Source: a virus
Length of the DNA stretch: 64,000 bases
Reading direction: 5' to 3' (one strand)
IMG/VR virus record: IMGVR_UViG_3300008117_006295
Coordinates: 13,132 to 77,131 of that record
The stretch's first letter is position 1. Every line of letters begins with the position of its first letter. Position numbers and translations under genes: made by a program. The notes under the pieces were generated by a model, which was not told where the DNA came from, ran no database searches, and saw only the letters and a program-made list of their open reading frames with translations. Shown here piece by piece: positions 27,971 to 38,800 of this stretch.

Positions 27971-28711
27971 ATGGCTAAAAAAACTATTGTATCTACAGAA
28001 AATACTATCGAAATAACAGAAGCAAAAACTGTTGTTAAACCAGCTATGCACAGCTTAGAGTGGACAGACTATGTACTAAGCTTATTATCAGATGATGAAA
28101 AAATAAAGGGCAATCCAACAACTGATGGATTAAGAAGAATATTTGAAATTGCTCTGGATTGTACTGTTGTTACATCTTCAACCAAAGTAGCACAGTGTCC
28201 CGACCATAATAATGAAAAAAGAGCCACCGTGGTTCACTCCATAGGCTATATTTTAAATTCACCGACCAAGGAGACAGAAAAACAAAACACGATCAATATA
28301 GATGGTGCCGCTGACGTTTACTGGGGGAATTGCGATAAGATCTATAGAAATCATCCAGTAGCAGTTGCTGAAACAAGAGCAGAAGGACGAGCATTAAGAA
28401 GAGCCCTGAGATTACGCAAAGTGGTTGCCGCAGAAGAAATAGCCGAAAATATCGAAGACCATGTTGATGGAGATAGTATAGGTAAAATAACACCAAATCA
28501 GATTAATTTTATTGATGTTTTAGCAAAAAGACTTGATATTAATATATCTAAAACGTTAGAGAAACTTGCTTTATCAAACGATAATATCTATAATATTAAA
28601 TATGACGACGCTGTTATTATTGTCAAAACACTATCAGATTTCCAGCAGGATCACTCAAAAATGTCGTCGGATCTTATTGGATATGATGAAACATGGAAAC
28701 ATAGATCATGA
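27971..28711 (+). CDS. Putative single-strand annealing protein (Rad52/Sak-like)
   Basis: GLRR...G.AD...AVAETRAEGRALRRAL and a C-terminal ITPNQINFI helix-bundle motif. Confidence 0.55.
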   Translation: MAKKTIVSTENTIEITEAKTVVKPAMHSLEWTDYVLSLLSDDEKIKGNPTTDGLRRIFEIALDCTVVTSSTKVAQCPDHNNEKRATVVHSIGYILNSPTKETEKQNTINIDGAADVYWGNCDKIYRNHPVAVAETRAEGRALRRALRLRKVVAAEEIAENIEDHVDGDSIGKITPNQINFIDVLAKRLDINISKTLEKLALSNDNIYNIKYDDAVIIVKTLSDFQQDHSKMSSDLIGYDETWKHRS

Positions 28712-29037
28712 AAATTTTCTACAAAGTTAATGATAAGCTCACTTTTGAATTAGAGGCAGAAGGTCAAAAAGAAATTTTTAAAGAACTAGCAACTATTCAA
28801 GAGATTTTTAGCGAAGAAAAGTGCGGACTCTGTGGAAGTACCAATATTAAATTTGTTGTTAGAAGCGTTGATGGTAATGATTATTACGAATTAAGATGTA
28901 ATGATTGTGGAGCTGTCTTAGCTTTTGGTCAACATAAAAAAGGTGGCACTTTGTTTCCAAAAAGAAAAGATGATGATGGAAATTATATGCCCAACAAAGG
29001 TTGGCATAAGTTTGTAAAAGATACTAAGGATAAATGA
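28708..29037 (+). CDS. Zinc-ribbon hypothetical protein
   Basis: CGLCGS...YELRCNDCGA. Confidence 0.7.
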   Translation: MKIFYKVNDKLTFELEAEGQKEIFKELATIQEIFSEEKCGLCGSTNIKFVVRSVDGNDYYELRCNDCGAVLAFGQHKKGGTLFPKRKDDDGNYMPNKGWHKFVKDTKDK

Positions 29038-30680
29038 ATAATACCACTATAGTAACAGGTATTTGGGATTTAGGAAGAGACTCTCTTTCTGAAGGCTGGG
29101 GAAGAAAATTCGATCATTATATAGAAAATTTTAAAAGATTACTAAGTATACAAGAATTAAATCTTGCTATATTTATTGATTCTTCCCTTGAGGATCTGGT
29201 ATGGAAATATCGTAATAAAAATAATACGGTAGTTTATAAACACTCTATAAATGAATTTAATGGAGCGTTTTTCCCATTTTTTGACCAAGTACAAAATATA
29301 CGTTTATCTGAACAGTGGCAGAATCAAGTAGGTTGGTTAAAGGATAGTACTCAGGCAAAAATGCCTTTGTATAATCCTATGGTTATGAGCAAAATGTTTT
29401 TATTACATAATGCTAAAATATTTAATCCATTTAATAGTACTCATTATTTTTGGTTAGATGGAGGAATAACAAATACTGTACATCCAGGATATTTCAGCCA
29501 TGATAATGTAATAGAAAAAATAGAATCTATTACAGAAAAGATGCTATTTGTATGTTTTCCTTATGAGACTAAAACAGAAATACATGGTTTTGATATTAAT
29601 GCAATGAAGAGATATGGGAAAAACAATGAGATAAATAGAGTTGCCAGAGCAGGTTTTTTTGGTGGACACAAAGATTATATTTCATCAGCAAACACACTAT
29701 ATTATTCTTTATTGCAAAGTTCTTTAAATGAAGGATATATGGGTACTGAAGAGAGTATCTTTACCCTTATGACATATCTTGAACCAAATACATATCATAT
29801 TGAAATGATTAATGAAGATGGTTTATTAAGTACATTTTTTGAGAATGTAAAAAATAATACTACTAAACAAGATAAAATTAAAACAACACAGAATTATAAA
29901 CATAATAAAATATCTTTATATATTAATACTTTTAATTCTCCAGAACAATTACAAATGGTTTTGGACTCTTTCTCTAAACATGATAAAAGATTTATAGAAA
30001 ATACTGAAAAAATTCTTATTAATAATTCCACTAAAAATGAGTTATTTGAAAAATACGATAATATCTGTTCAAAGTATAACTTTATAGACCATATCAAAAA
30101 AGGTAATCTTGGTATTTGCAGAGCAAGACAGTTAGCCGCAGAACACTTTAAAGAATCTGGTAATAAATACATGTTATTCTTTGAAGATGATATGCTTTTA
30201 GACTTTAACAATAATTGTGATTTTGGTTTTAGTAAAAATGTTAAAGATCTATTTACTAATATGGTTAGAATTATGGATTTGGAAAAATATGATTTTTTAA
30301 AATTAAGTTTTAGTGAATTTTATGGTAATAATGGTCAACAGTGGAGTTGGCATAATGTTCCTAGTCCAAAAAAAGAAGAATATTTTGGTAATATAAATTC
30401 AAAACCTCCAACAAAATTTAATACTATTCATAGTTTAAACAGTGTTATTTATGCTGATGGCGAGATTTACTATTCAAACTGGCCTCATATTATAAGTCAA
30501 GAAGGTAATAAAAAATGCTTCTTAGATACAACTTGGAATAGTCCATTTGAACAAACATGGATGAGTCATATTTATAGTTTAACAAAAAACAATATAGTCA
30601 AACCAGCAATACTATTACATAGTCCCATAACACATAATAGAGTTCATCATTATGAAGCCAAAGACAGAAAAGAAAATTAA
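29034..30680 (+). CDS. Two-domain glycosyltransferase: HtrL/WlaTC-like + GT2-like
   Basis: TTIVTGIWDLGR, SKMFLL, YFWLDGG, GFFGG; second domain with GNLGICRARQ and FFEDDM. Confidence 0.8.
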   Translation: MNNTTIVTGIWDLGRDSLSEGWGRKFDHYIENFKRLLSIQELNLAIFIDSSLEDLVWKYRNKNNTVVYKHSINEFNGAFFPFFDQVQNIRLSEQWQNQVGWLKDSTQAKMPLYNPMVMSKMFLLHNAKIFNPFNSTHYFWLDGGITNTVHPGYFSHDNVIEKIESITEKMLFVCFPYETKTEIHGFDINAMKRYGKNNEINRVARAGFFGGHKDYISSANTLYYSLLQSSLNEGYMGTEESIFTLMTYLEPNTYHIEMINEDGLLSTFFENVKNNTTKQDKIKTTQNYKHNKISLYINTFNSPEQLQMVLDSFSKHDKRFIENTEKILINNSTKNELFEKYDNICSKYNFIDHIKKGNLGICRARQLAAEHFKESGNKYMLFFEDDMLLDFNNNCDFGFSKNVKDLFTNMVRIMDLEKYDFLKLSFSEFYGNNGQQWSWHNVPSPKKEEYFGNINSKPPTKFNTIHSLNSVIYADGEIYYSNWPHIISQEGNKKCFLDTTWNSPFEQTWMSHIYSLTKNNIVKPAILLHSPITHNRVHHYEAKDRKEN

Positions 30681-31959
30681 GAAAAAAACAAACATTGTAG
30701 AAACCCCAAATACTATTTTTGTACAGATAGCCTCTTATAGGGATCCTCAGTTATTACCCACAATTGAGGATATGTTACGTAATGCTAAATATCCAGAAAA
30801 TATAAGTATTGGTATAGCATGGCAGCACTGTAATAGTGATACTTGGGCGGATATAGAAAAATATGCTGATGATAGCAGATTTAAAATTATAGATATACCA
30901 TATGAAGAAAGTAAGGGGGTTTGTTGGGCCAGAAATAAAGTTCAACAACTATATGATGGAGAAAAGTATACTCTGCAAATAGATAGTCATCACAGATTTG
31001 TTAAAAATTGGGATGAAATATTAATTAATATGATAGTTGATCTACAGAATAATGGTTATGATAAGCCATTATTAACAGGATATATACCGAGTTTTGATCC
31101 TGATAATGATCCTGCTGCAAGAGTTAATACTCCGTGGAAAATGAACTTTGATAGATTCATACCAGAAGGAGCGGTATTTTTTCTACCGGCTAATTTTGAC
31201 TCTTGGGATGATCCAACAAAACCATTGCCAGCAAGATTCTATAGTGCGCATTTCGCTTTTACAGTAGGAGAATTTTGTAAAGAAGTTCCTCATGATCCAT
31301 ATTATTATTTTCATGGAGAAGAAATTAATATTGCAGCCAGAGCTTATACCTGTGGATATGATCTATTTCACCCCCATAAAGTAATATGTTGGCATGAGTA
31401 TACCAGAAAAGGCAGAACCAAACAATGGGATGATGATAAGCATTGGGGAGCCAGAAATACAGAATCTCATTTAAGAAACAGAAAACTCTTCGAGATGGAT
31501 GGAGAAAAAAGAGATATAGATTTTGGAAAATATGGATTTGGTAATGTCAGAACACTAAGAGACTATGAAAGATATTCTGGTCTTAGTTTTAAATATAGGG
31601 CCATACAACAGGATGTTTTGGATCATAAGCCTCCACCAGATCCGTCTAAAGATTTAACAGATGAAGAATTCGATAGCAAATTATTAAAAATATTTAAACA
31701 CTGTATAGATATTGGATATAATCAAGTTCCAGAAAATGATTATGATTTTTGGGCAGTAGCATTCAAAGATGAAAATGGTCAGGATATGTACAGAAAAGAT
31801 GCTGATAAAGAAGAAATTATAAGGATGAAAAATGATCCTGATAATTATTGTAAAGTATGGCGAGAGTTCCAAACGGATAAAAAGCCTCATAGTTGGATAG
31901 TTTGGCCGCATAGTATTAGTAAAGGATGGGCAGATCCAATTACTGGATTTTTACCATGA
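30652..31959 (+). CDS. GT60-family polypeptide GlcNAc transferase (Skp1/Gnt1-like 'GlcNAc' domain)
   Basis: IFVQIASYRDP, GVCWAR, LQIDSHHRF..NWD, YFHGEE, RAYTCGYDL. Confidence 0.85.
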   Translation: MKPKTEKKIKKKTNIVETPNTIFVQIASYRDPQLLPTIEDMLRNAKYPENISIGIAWQHCNSDTWADIEKYADDSRFKIIDIPYEESKGVCWARNKVQQLYDGEKYTLQIDSHHRFVKNWDEILINMIVDLQNNGYDKPLLTGYIPSFDPDNDPAARVNTPWKMNFDRFIPEGAVFFLPANFDSWDDPTKPLPARFYSAHFAFTVGEFCKEVPHDPYYYFHGEEINIAARAYTCGYDLFHPHKVICWHEYTRKGRTKQWDDDKHWGARNTESHLRNRKLFEMDGEKRDIDFGKYGFGNVRTLRDYERYSGLSFKYRAIQQDVLDHKPPPDPSKDLTDEEFDSKLLKIFKHCIDIGYNQVPENDYDFWAVAFKDENGQDMYRKDADKEEIIRMKNDPDNYCKVWREFQTDKKPHSWIVWPHSISKGWADPITGFLP

Positions 31960-32567
31960 TTAATAATTTTTGTTTTCTTAGTGAAGCTAATTATCCTAAT
32001 TATGTTAATAGGATACAACAATATTCTATTCCAAGATATTTAGAACTTAATATTAATATACCTTTTTATATAAGCACTAATTATAAAAATTTATTTAAAG
32101 AAGAATATTTAAATCATGAATATATTAAAATTTATGATATTGAAGAACTTAGAAAAAATAATATCAAATCTCAGAATTATGAATTATTACCGTCAGATCC
32201 CACAGGAATATATCCAGCAAGATATCCGTGGAATTTAAGACGTTTTATTTTAGAAAAAGCCATAGATGATGGATATTTAGGATTATTTTTTATAGAGTGC
32301 GACACTAAGATTCATCCTGGTATTAATAATAGTCGTTTAATAGAACTAATGAATAATCTTTATAGTCCCAATACTGTTAAAACCTCATCTGCTAGATTTG
32401 TTTATAAAAACAGATCTCCAGCTTGTGTGTTTGATTATCATAATGAGTATATAAAAGATTTAAAATTAAATTTTAATGATGAGGATTATGATAGTCTGGA
32501 TGGAACAAATCAATTATTTTTTGGTAAAGATACAGAGAGTTTGAAACAATTTATTAATACATACTGA
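31956..32567 (+). CDS. Glycosyltransferase-like protein, possibly truncated
   Basis: YPWNLRRF, FIECD (DxD-like); abrupt end with a short candidate tail in another frame (to 32610). Confidence 0.55.
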   Translation: MINNFCFLSEANYPNYVNRIQQYSIPRYLELNINIPFYISTNYKNLFKEEYLNHEYIKIYDIEELRKNNIKSQNYELLPSDPTGIYPARYPWNLRRFILEKAIDDGYLGLFFIECDTKIHPGINNSRLIELMNNLYSPNTVKTSSARFVYKNRSPACVFDYHNEYIKDLKLNFNDEDYDSLDGTNQLFFGKDTESLKQFINTY

Positions 32568-32624
32568 AACACCATTTATAACAGAACATTCTTTTGATGA
32601 TAGGTATTAAATTACAGTATTATT

Positions 32625-34145
32625 ATGTTTAAAATATTAGATTCTAAATTAGCAGATGCCGGATTCTATATAAATCTTGATGAGTCTATAGAAAGGAAAA
32701 ATTTTATAGAAAATCAGAAAGAAATTTTTAGTATAAGTAATCTGGAAAGGTTTTCTGCTTTATCTAATGAATTAAGACAATCATCTTGTACAGAAAGTCA
32801 TAGGGCAATTTTTAGAAAATGTATCAATAATGGTATTAAAAAAACATTTGTAGCAGAAGATGACTTTGTTATAAATGCAAAATTTAATTTCTTAAATAAG
32901 AATATAGAATTATCTAGTATTTTAGAGTATCTGGTAGATTTTGATGATTATGATGTTTTAATGTTTGGATGTAACCCTAAGAAAAAACTTATAGTTCAAA
33001 GTAAATATATAGCAAAAAATTTGAGTAGCACAGGAGCCTGGGCATATATAATAAAAGAAAATGCTATGAAATATATATTAGATAACTATAATTATAGAAA
33101 AGATTACTGTGCTATAGATGATATATTACCAAGTTTAAATGGTAAAGGATTTAAAACAGTTGTAACATTACCACAAATTTGTAATCATAGAGATGGTATA
33201 GAATCAACATTACAGCCACATGTTGGAGTAACACACTACTCTACTTGGATAAATGGTAATTGGGATAAATATTTTTTTGATTATATAAAGAATGAAGATG
33301 AGCTAATCAAGTCTATAGATAATGAATATCTAGTACCTCAAAAATTAACTGTTGTTATAACGGGACATTCTGTAGAAAATTGGCTATTCCACCTAAGATA
33401 TTTATTACAGAGTATGCCAAAAATATTATTTGATTGTCATTTTATAGTATGTTATGATAATTTTAGTTATGATGATAAGTTTAATTTATCAAAATTTTTT
33501 AGAGATGTTAAATCTGAAATACATCCAACTATAGAATATGTTAATGGTGGATTGATTAGTTCTCTTAAAAAAGTTTTATCATGTATTAATACAGAGTATT
33601 TTCTATGGTTAGAGCATGATTGGGTATTTTTAAAACAAAATATAGACTTTTTCAATATTATTAAAGCAATGGATAATAATAATTTTATTAATTCAATATG
33701 GTTAAATAAAGACGATAATAATCCTAGGGGTTTTGATATTTGCGAATATAATAATAAAATAACTCCATATGAACTAGACAATAGAATAGACGAATGCGAT
33801 ATTGTAACCACATGCAGATGGTCAAATAATCCTGCTATACATAGAACATCAAGAATGAGAGAATTATTTGATAAGTATATTAATAATGAATATGTAGATT
33901 TAACTAATCAAAGATCTCATAATATAGAAGAGAAAATAATACCAATTTACCGTAAAGAAATTGAAGATTATGGTTGGGAAGCAGTTAAAGACACTTGGGG
34001 TACATATGTATACGGTAATTTAAATGATAGCCCTTGTATGGGCCACACAGACGCTACAAGAAGGTATCAGGGAGGAAGCAAGTCTATGCCAGAGATCAAT
34101 GGCGAGAACTATATAAACCAAAATCCTTTAAAAGATAGTGATTAA
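32625..34145 (+). CDS. GT25-like + GT2-like glycosyltransferase fusion
   Basis: YINLDESIERK, ERFSA, CTESH, VAEDD, STGAWAY; second domain with FLWLEHDW and WSNNP. Confidence 0.8.
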   Translation: MFKILDSKLADAGFYINLDESIERKNFIENQKEIFSISNLERFSALSNELRQSSCTESHRAIFRKCINNGIKKTFVAEDDFVINAKFNFLNKNIELSSILEYLVDFDDYDVLMFGCNPKKKLIVQSKYIAKNLSSTGAWAYIIKENAMKYILDNYNYRKDYCAIDDILPSLNGKGFKTVVTLPQICNHRDGIESTLQPHVGVTHYSTWINGNWDKYFFDYIKNEDELIKSIDNEYLVPQKLTVVITGHSVENWLFHLRYLLQSMPKILFDCHFIVCYDNFSYDDKFNLSKFFRDVKSEIHPTIEYVNGGLISSLKKVLSCINTEYFLWLEHDWVFLKQNIDFFNIIKAMDNNNFINSIWLNKDDNNPRGFDICEYNNKITPYELDNRIDECDIVTTCRWSNNPAIHRTSRMRELFDKYINNEYVDLTNQRSHNIEEKIIPIYRKEIEDYGWEAVKDTWGTYVYGNLNDSPCMGHTDATRRYQGGSKSMPEINGENYINQNPLKDSD

Positions 34146-34148
34146 TTT

Positions 34149-34745
34149 ATGTTTAATTTTACTAATGCTAATTTACTATTAAATAGACCAAATCATACGA
34201 TAGATGCTAGTATAATTTCAAAAGAACAGATAAGATATATTTTAGCAGTGCTAGATAGTGTATTAAGTCAAAATATTCAAGGAGACGTTGTTGAATTTGG
34301 ATGTTATGTTGGCGAGTCATCAAAATATTTAAGAATGATGCTAGATCATCATTTATCTACAAAAAAATTATATGTTTATGATTCTTTTGATGGATTACCT
34401 CCATTAAGTAAATATGAAGAAAATACTGGGTGGCAACCAGGAACATTAAAAACATCAGAGTCCGTATTAGTAGAAAATTTTTATAACAATGGATTAAAAC
34501 CACCAATAATTACTAAGAATTGTTTTGGATTTTTGGATGGTGATTTTTATGATAGTATTTATGATAGTTTATCTAAAGCCTATCCTCTATTATCTGTTGG
34601 AGGATGCTTAATGTTTCATGATTATGAAAGAAATGATCTTCCAGGAGTAAAAGCAGCTATAATAGATTATATGAAAAATTATAATGATAATTCATATACT
34701 TTAATTAAAATTTATGAACAACTGGGATTATTAATTATTCTATAA
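34149..34745 (+). CDS. TylF/MycF-family O-methyltransferase
   Basis: GDVVEFGCYVG, YDSFDGLP, LDGDFYDS, GGCLMFHDY, PGVKAA. Confidence 0.88.
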   Translation: MFNFTNANLLLNRPNHTIDASIISKEQIRYILAVLDSVLSQNIQGDVVEFGCYVGESSKYLRMMLDHHLSTKKLYVYDSFDGLPPLSKYEENTGWQPGTLKTSESVLVENFYNNGLKPPIITKNCFGFLDGDFYDSIYDSLSKAYPLLSVGGCLMFHDYERNDLPGVKAAIIDYMKNYNDNSYTLIKIYEQLGLLIIL

Positions 34746-37700
34746 TATTATCTTTTCTTAATAAAATATTTTCACTAAATATTGCACTATCCCAAGTAGG
34801 CTTAAAACTACTAAGTGTTGGTAATGTTGCTCCTGAAATATCAGATATATATTGTGAATTGTGGATATTAATATTTGGATTACTAGTATATGGATAATTA
34901 ACATATGTTAATTTTGTTGTTTGTATATTATTAGCTAAATTAAGACTATCCTCATAATATAAAATATCGTCAACATATCCATTATTATAGAAATTATAAA
35001 AAACATATCCGTCATTAGAATTATACGTTAACCATGGAGCTTGTTGTTGTAGCCAGCCGGTGTATATATCATTTCTCTTAATATCTTTTCTTCTAATAGT
35101 ATTGGTAGATATTTGATGTCTAGATCCTATATTATCTAGTCTAGTAAAATTAGTTTGATAACCTTCAGCATATTTAATAGCATATAATTTATCAGAATTA
35201 TATACACTCTGATTTGGAACAGCAAACCTGGAAATATATGGCGAAGCATTTTTGAAATAAAAATCTATTAACTGTAAGGGACCAATAGGAAAACTATAGT
35301 CCTTAATATTTTTATTATATATTTTATTATTAAGATAATACTCTTTCCATGTTGTATTATAATCTATAACAATTGCTTCTGGCGCAGAAACGTATCCTCT
35401 TCCAGGATCCGTAATTGTTACAGTTTCAATAATACCCTTACCGGTATATATTGAACCTAATATATCTTCGCTAATATCTATAGAGTAAGTCGCCTTTCCT
35501 CCTATACCTCCTCCTCCAGAAAAATAAATCTCAAATTTTCTTAAATTATAATCGCCACTATTTGTTTGTGGGAAAAATCCTTCTCCTCCATCTATAACAT
35601 CTACATTAGATATCTGTCCATACTGATTAATTTGTACTAAAAATTCTGGTTTATGATTCCAACTAGTAGGTACTCCGGGAGTTTTGCAAATTAATGTACT
35701 ATAACTCGAAAAACCTGTAGCGTCTGATATAGTAAGATCACTATATATATATCTACTATATCCATCAGCTATAGCTTGATTGTTTTCTAATGAATAATAT
35801 TCTCCAACATCAGGATAACTATAAGAATAATTATCAAATAATCTAATAAATTTACTAGCTCCATTTAAAGATAGAGTTGCAGATTCCGTATCTCCTAATT
35901 CGTCTTCAATAGCTAAAACTGGATTTACATCAAAAAATGCTAACATATTAATATGGTGATCGTCATTATTATAAGAATATCCAGATGGACAAATAAACCC
36001 ACAGCGAGTTCCTGAGGGCCAATAGCTTGAATAATAAGAATCATATATTGGAAATGATAGTCCTATTATCTCTCCAGAAACAGAAAAAAATGGATCTATA
36101 GGATAAGTAATAAATGTTCCAGAACTCACAGATTCATCATAAAAATATTCTGTAATATAGTTTGTGGTGCAACTAGCATAATTATTTTCGATATTTATTA
36201 ATGAATTTATTTTATTAATATTTCCATAAGCATCTATAATTTTATCTATATAGTATAATTGATCATATATTGATGAATATTTATTTGTTGTAATATACTG
36301 ATCCTCTGTACTATTTTCACAATATCCTGGTATACCTGTTGTTGATATTGCTATAGATGAAGATTCTAAAAATGTTTTTGTAAAAACTAATGTAGTATCA
36401 TCAAAAGCTATAATTGGTTTTTCATTAAATAAATAACCAGATAGGGTAGAGCAATAGTACTCACTACCGCTATAGTTAATATTGTAACTATTAGTAATAA
36501 ATTTATTATCAGCTACATATGCATTATATGGTAATATTTCTCCACTAGAATCTTTCATAAGATCATTTATTAGAATTTTTTGAATACCATGAATAGTTTG
36601 ACCATATAAATATATGCCAATAGATTTATTGGAATTACAAGTATTGTAATCATCTCCTCCATCTGTAATTTTAATATTTGAACATATTCCTTCTATTTTA
36701 GCCTGAGCTTTTGCTGGTTTAGATATTGAAAACTGAGAAAAATCTTTTTGCTCTCCATTTATAATTACTTGAGGTGGATAAGAATAATTTTCTCCATTAT
36801 TCGTTATGGTTGCTCCCAAAACTTTATAATTTACTTCTGGAGTAAAAGAACAAGGGGTTCCACTATGAGTAGACTGTAATATAACTTCGGCTTGGGAATT
36901 AATCGGTCCATCTCCACCTTCGAATAAAATTCTAACATTTGGAGTACCAGAAGTTAAATTTAATCCAGGGTCAGATATGTATACTTTATCTAAAGTTCCA
37001 GATAATGTCAATCTAATTTCTAAACCATATCCTTCATCATTGGAGTTAATACTAATATACGGAGCTGTTTGGTAAAATTGTCCAGGATTATCTATATTTA
37101 TCTGTGTAACACTGCCATCTGATATTAATGCTGTAAGATTTGCCCTGACTCCTTTTATAGGATTATAACCTCCTATTAAATTAATTGTCGGCGCAATAGT
37201 ATAATTATATCCAGTATTTAATATATCTATTTTACCAATAGAATAATTTATAGAAGCTATAGCTTTTGGCTCTCTTGTTTCTTTAAACGGAGAGGATATT
37301 GTACTGCCTATAATTTTTAATGTGGGTTGTGAAGCAAAAGATTGAAAATTACCAGAATCAACTATATATCCTTCATAAGAAGCAACTGTCGGCGGAATAA
37401 TTTCTACCGTTGGCTGACTAGCATAACGACCTCCATCTAGAATATTAATCTTTGATACTCCATAACTCATTCTTGGAATTATAATAGCGTCACTAGATAC
37501 AGTGAAAATATTAGTTGTATGACTTGGGGTCACAGTATGAGTAGCAGATACTGTACATGTTGGGGACGAGGTTTTTGTTATAGTCGGTGTTGATGTAGAT
37601 GTTTTAGTAATCGTTGGAGTTTGAGTTTTAGTCTTTGTTACTGTAGGAGTTGGACTAAAAGATTTAGTAACGGTTGGGCTTGGCGTTAATGTTTTAGTAA

Positions 37701-38784
37701 CAGTTACTGATGGAGTAGGAGTTACTGTTGGTAAATTAAATGTAGCAATTGGGCCATGAAGAGCCTTATGTGTTGGCGTTATACTTATCGTATTAGTCGG
37801 CGTCGGAGTATGTGTCCAAGATGGAGTTTTTGATTTGGTAAGAGTCGGAGTAAAAGTCACAGTAGCACTTGGAGTAGCAGTATTACTAGGAGTAACAGTC
37901 GGAGTTGATGTGGTGGTTGGTGTTGGTGTTTGAGACTCAACGATAGGATATAAAAATATACTAGCTCCACTAGGCTTAGGTAAAGTTGGTAATGGTTTTC
38001 TTTTAATAAGTATCTTTGGAATTTGAGTATAATTTTTACCAGGATTAATAATATTCACTCCTGATATACCCCCATTAATAAAACAACAACCAGAAGCCGC
38101 AAATCCCGGTATATGTCCTTCTATTAAAAGATTTGGCGCCTTAGAAAAACCAAATCCTTCATTTATAATATCTAATTCTTTTATATTCCAATAATCCTCA
38201 TTTAAAATACTCATTATAGGAATAATTGAAGCTCCTCCAATATTATTTTCTATTGTAATTGTTGGAATAATATCTCTATTAAATAATCCTGGGTTTATTA
38301 TTTTAGTTTTATAGATATATCCAGATATAATTGCTTCTAATTTTGCATTTTCTCCATCTCCTTCTACTATTAGATCTGGCGCTTCGTTATACGATCCACA
38401 GTCTACTATTTCTACAGATTTTATAAATCCACTTATTTCACATATTGCTTCGGCACTTAATCCACTACCACTAAAAATAATATTTGGTTTATCTATATAA
38501 TCATTACCACCAATAAAATTATTAATATTTTCTATACTACCAATAGAAATAATATCTGCGATTGCGCCATTACCTCCACCTCCTTCGATAGTTATTGTAG
38601 GTGGTGAAATATATCCATTACCAGTATGATCAATACCAATAGCTACAACTTTACCATTAAACTCAGAAACGTTGCCTTCGGCTTCTTTTGGTCTTCGATC
38701 CAAATAAACACTAACTGGTATTTGTAAATTTGATCCTCTGTTTTCTACTAATAATCCATAATCAGCTATTGGTAATATATCCAT
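34735..38784 (-). CDS. Large tail/baseplate structural protein with Gly-rich beta repeats and a Thr/Pro mucin-like tract
   Basis: Many G.G..A.A....G.I..I.I.N.G.GY...P repeats; T/P/S tract at about 37513-37935. Confidence 0.75.
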   Translation of the reverse strand: MDILPIADYGLLVENRGSNLQIPVSVYLDRRPKEAEGNVSEFNGKVVAIGIDHTGNGYISPPTITIEGGGGNGAIADIISIGSIENINNFIGGNDYIDKPNIIFSGSGLSAEAICEISGFIKSVEIVDCGSYNEAPDLIVEGDGENAKLEAIISGYIYKTKIINPGLFNRDIIPTITIENNIGGASIIPIMSILNEDYWNIKELDIINEGFGFSKAPNLLIEGHIPGFAASGCCFINGGISGVNIINPGKNYTQIPKILIKRKPLPTLPKPSGASIFLYPIVESQTPTPTTTSTPTVTPSNTATPSATVTFTPTLTKSKTPSWTHTPTPTNTISITPTHKALHGPIATFNLPTVTPTPSVTVTKTLTPSPTVTKSFSPTPTVTKTKTQTPTITKTSTSTPTITKTSSPTCTVSATHTVTPSHTTNIFTVSSDAIIIPRMSYGVSKINILDGGRYASQPTVEIIPPTVASYEGYIVDSGNFQSFASQPTLKIIGSTISSPFKETREPKAIASINYSIGKIDILNTGYNYTIAPTINLIGGYNPIKGVRANLTALISDGSVTQINIDNPGQFYQTAPYISINSNDEGYGLEIRLTLSGTLDKVYISDPGLNLTSGTPNVRILFEGGDGPINSQAEVILQSTHSGTPCSFTPEVNYKVLGATITNNGENYSYPPQVIINGEQKDFSQFSISKPAKAQAKIEGICSNIKITDGGDDYNTCNSNKSIGIYLYGQTIHGIQKILINDLMKDSSGEILPYNAYVADNKFITNSYNINYSGSEYYCSTLSGYLFNEKPIIAFDDTTLVFTKTFLESSSIAISTTGIPGYCENSTEDQYITTNKYSSIYDQLYYIDKIIDAYGNINKINSLINIENNYASCTTNYITEYFYDESVSSGTFITYPIDPFFSVSGEIIGLSFPIYDSYYSSYWPSGTRCGFICPSGYSYNNDDHHINMLAFFDVNPVLAIEDELGDTESATLSLNGASKFIRLFDNYSYSYPDVGEYYSLENNQAIADGYSRYIYSDLTISDATGFSSYSTLICKTPGVPTSWNHKPEFLVQINQYGQISNVDVIDGGEGFFPQTNSGDYNLRKFEIYFSGGGGIGGKATYSIDISEDILGSIYTGKGIIETVTITDPGRGYVSAPEAIVIDYNTTWKEYYLNNKIYNKNIKDYSFPIGPLQLIDFYFKNASPYISRFAVPNQSVYNSDKLYAIKYAEGYQTNFTRLDNIGSRHQISTNTIRRKDIKRNDIYTGWLQQQAPWLTYNSNDGYVFYNFYNNGYVDDILYYEDSLNLANNIQTTKLTYVNYPYTSNPNINIHNSQYISDISGATLPTLSSFKPTWDSAIFSENILLRKDNIIE
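37513..37935 (-). repeat. Degenerate (T/S)-P-T repeat tract (coding)
   Basis: About 140 aa of TPTPTTTSTPTVTPSNTATPS... sequence. Confidence 0.85.
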
Positions 38785-38800
38785 TATAGTCTTTCTTTTA

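Noticed and set aside
878-33811. Short - strand ORFs within the + strand operons (e.g. 1352, 8273, 14723, 23264, 29894, 33467)
   Set aside because: All lie antisense to well-supported genes and show no recognisable motifs.
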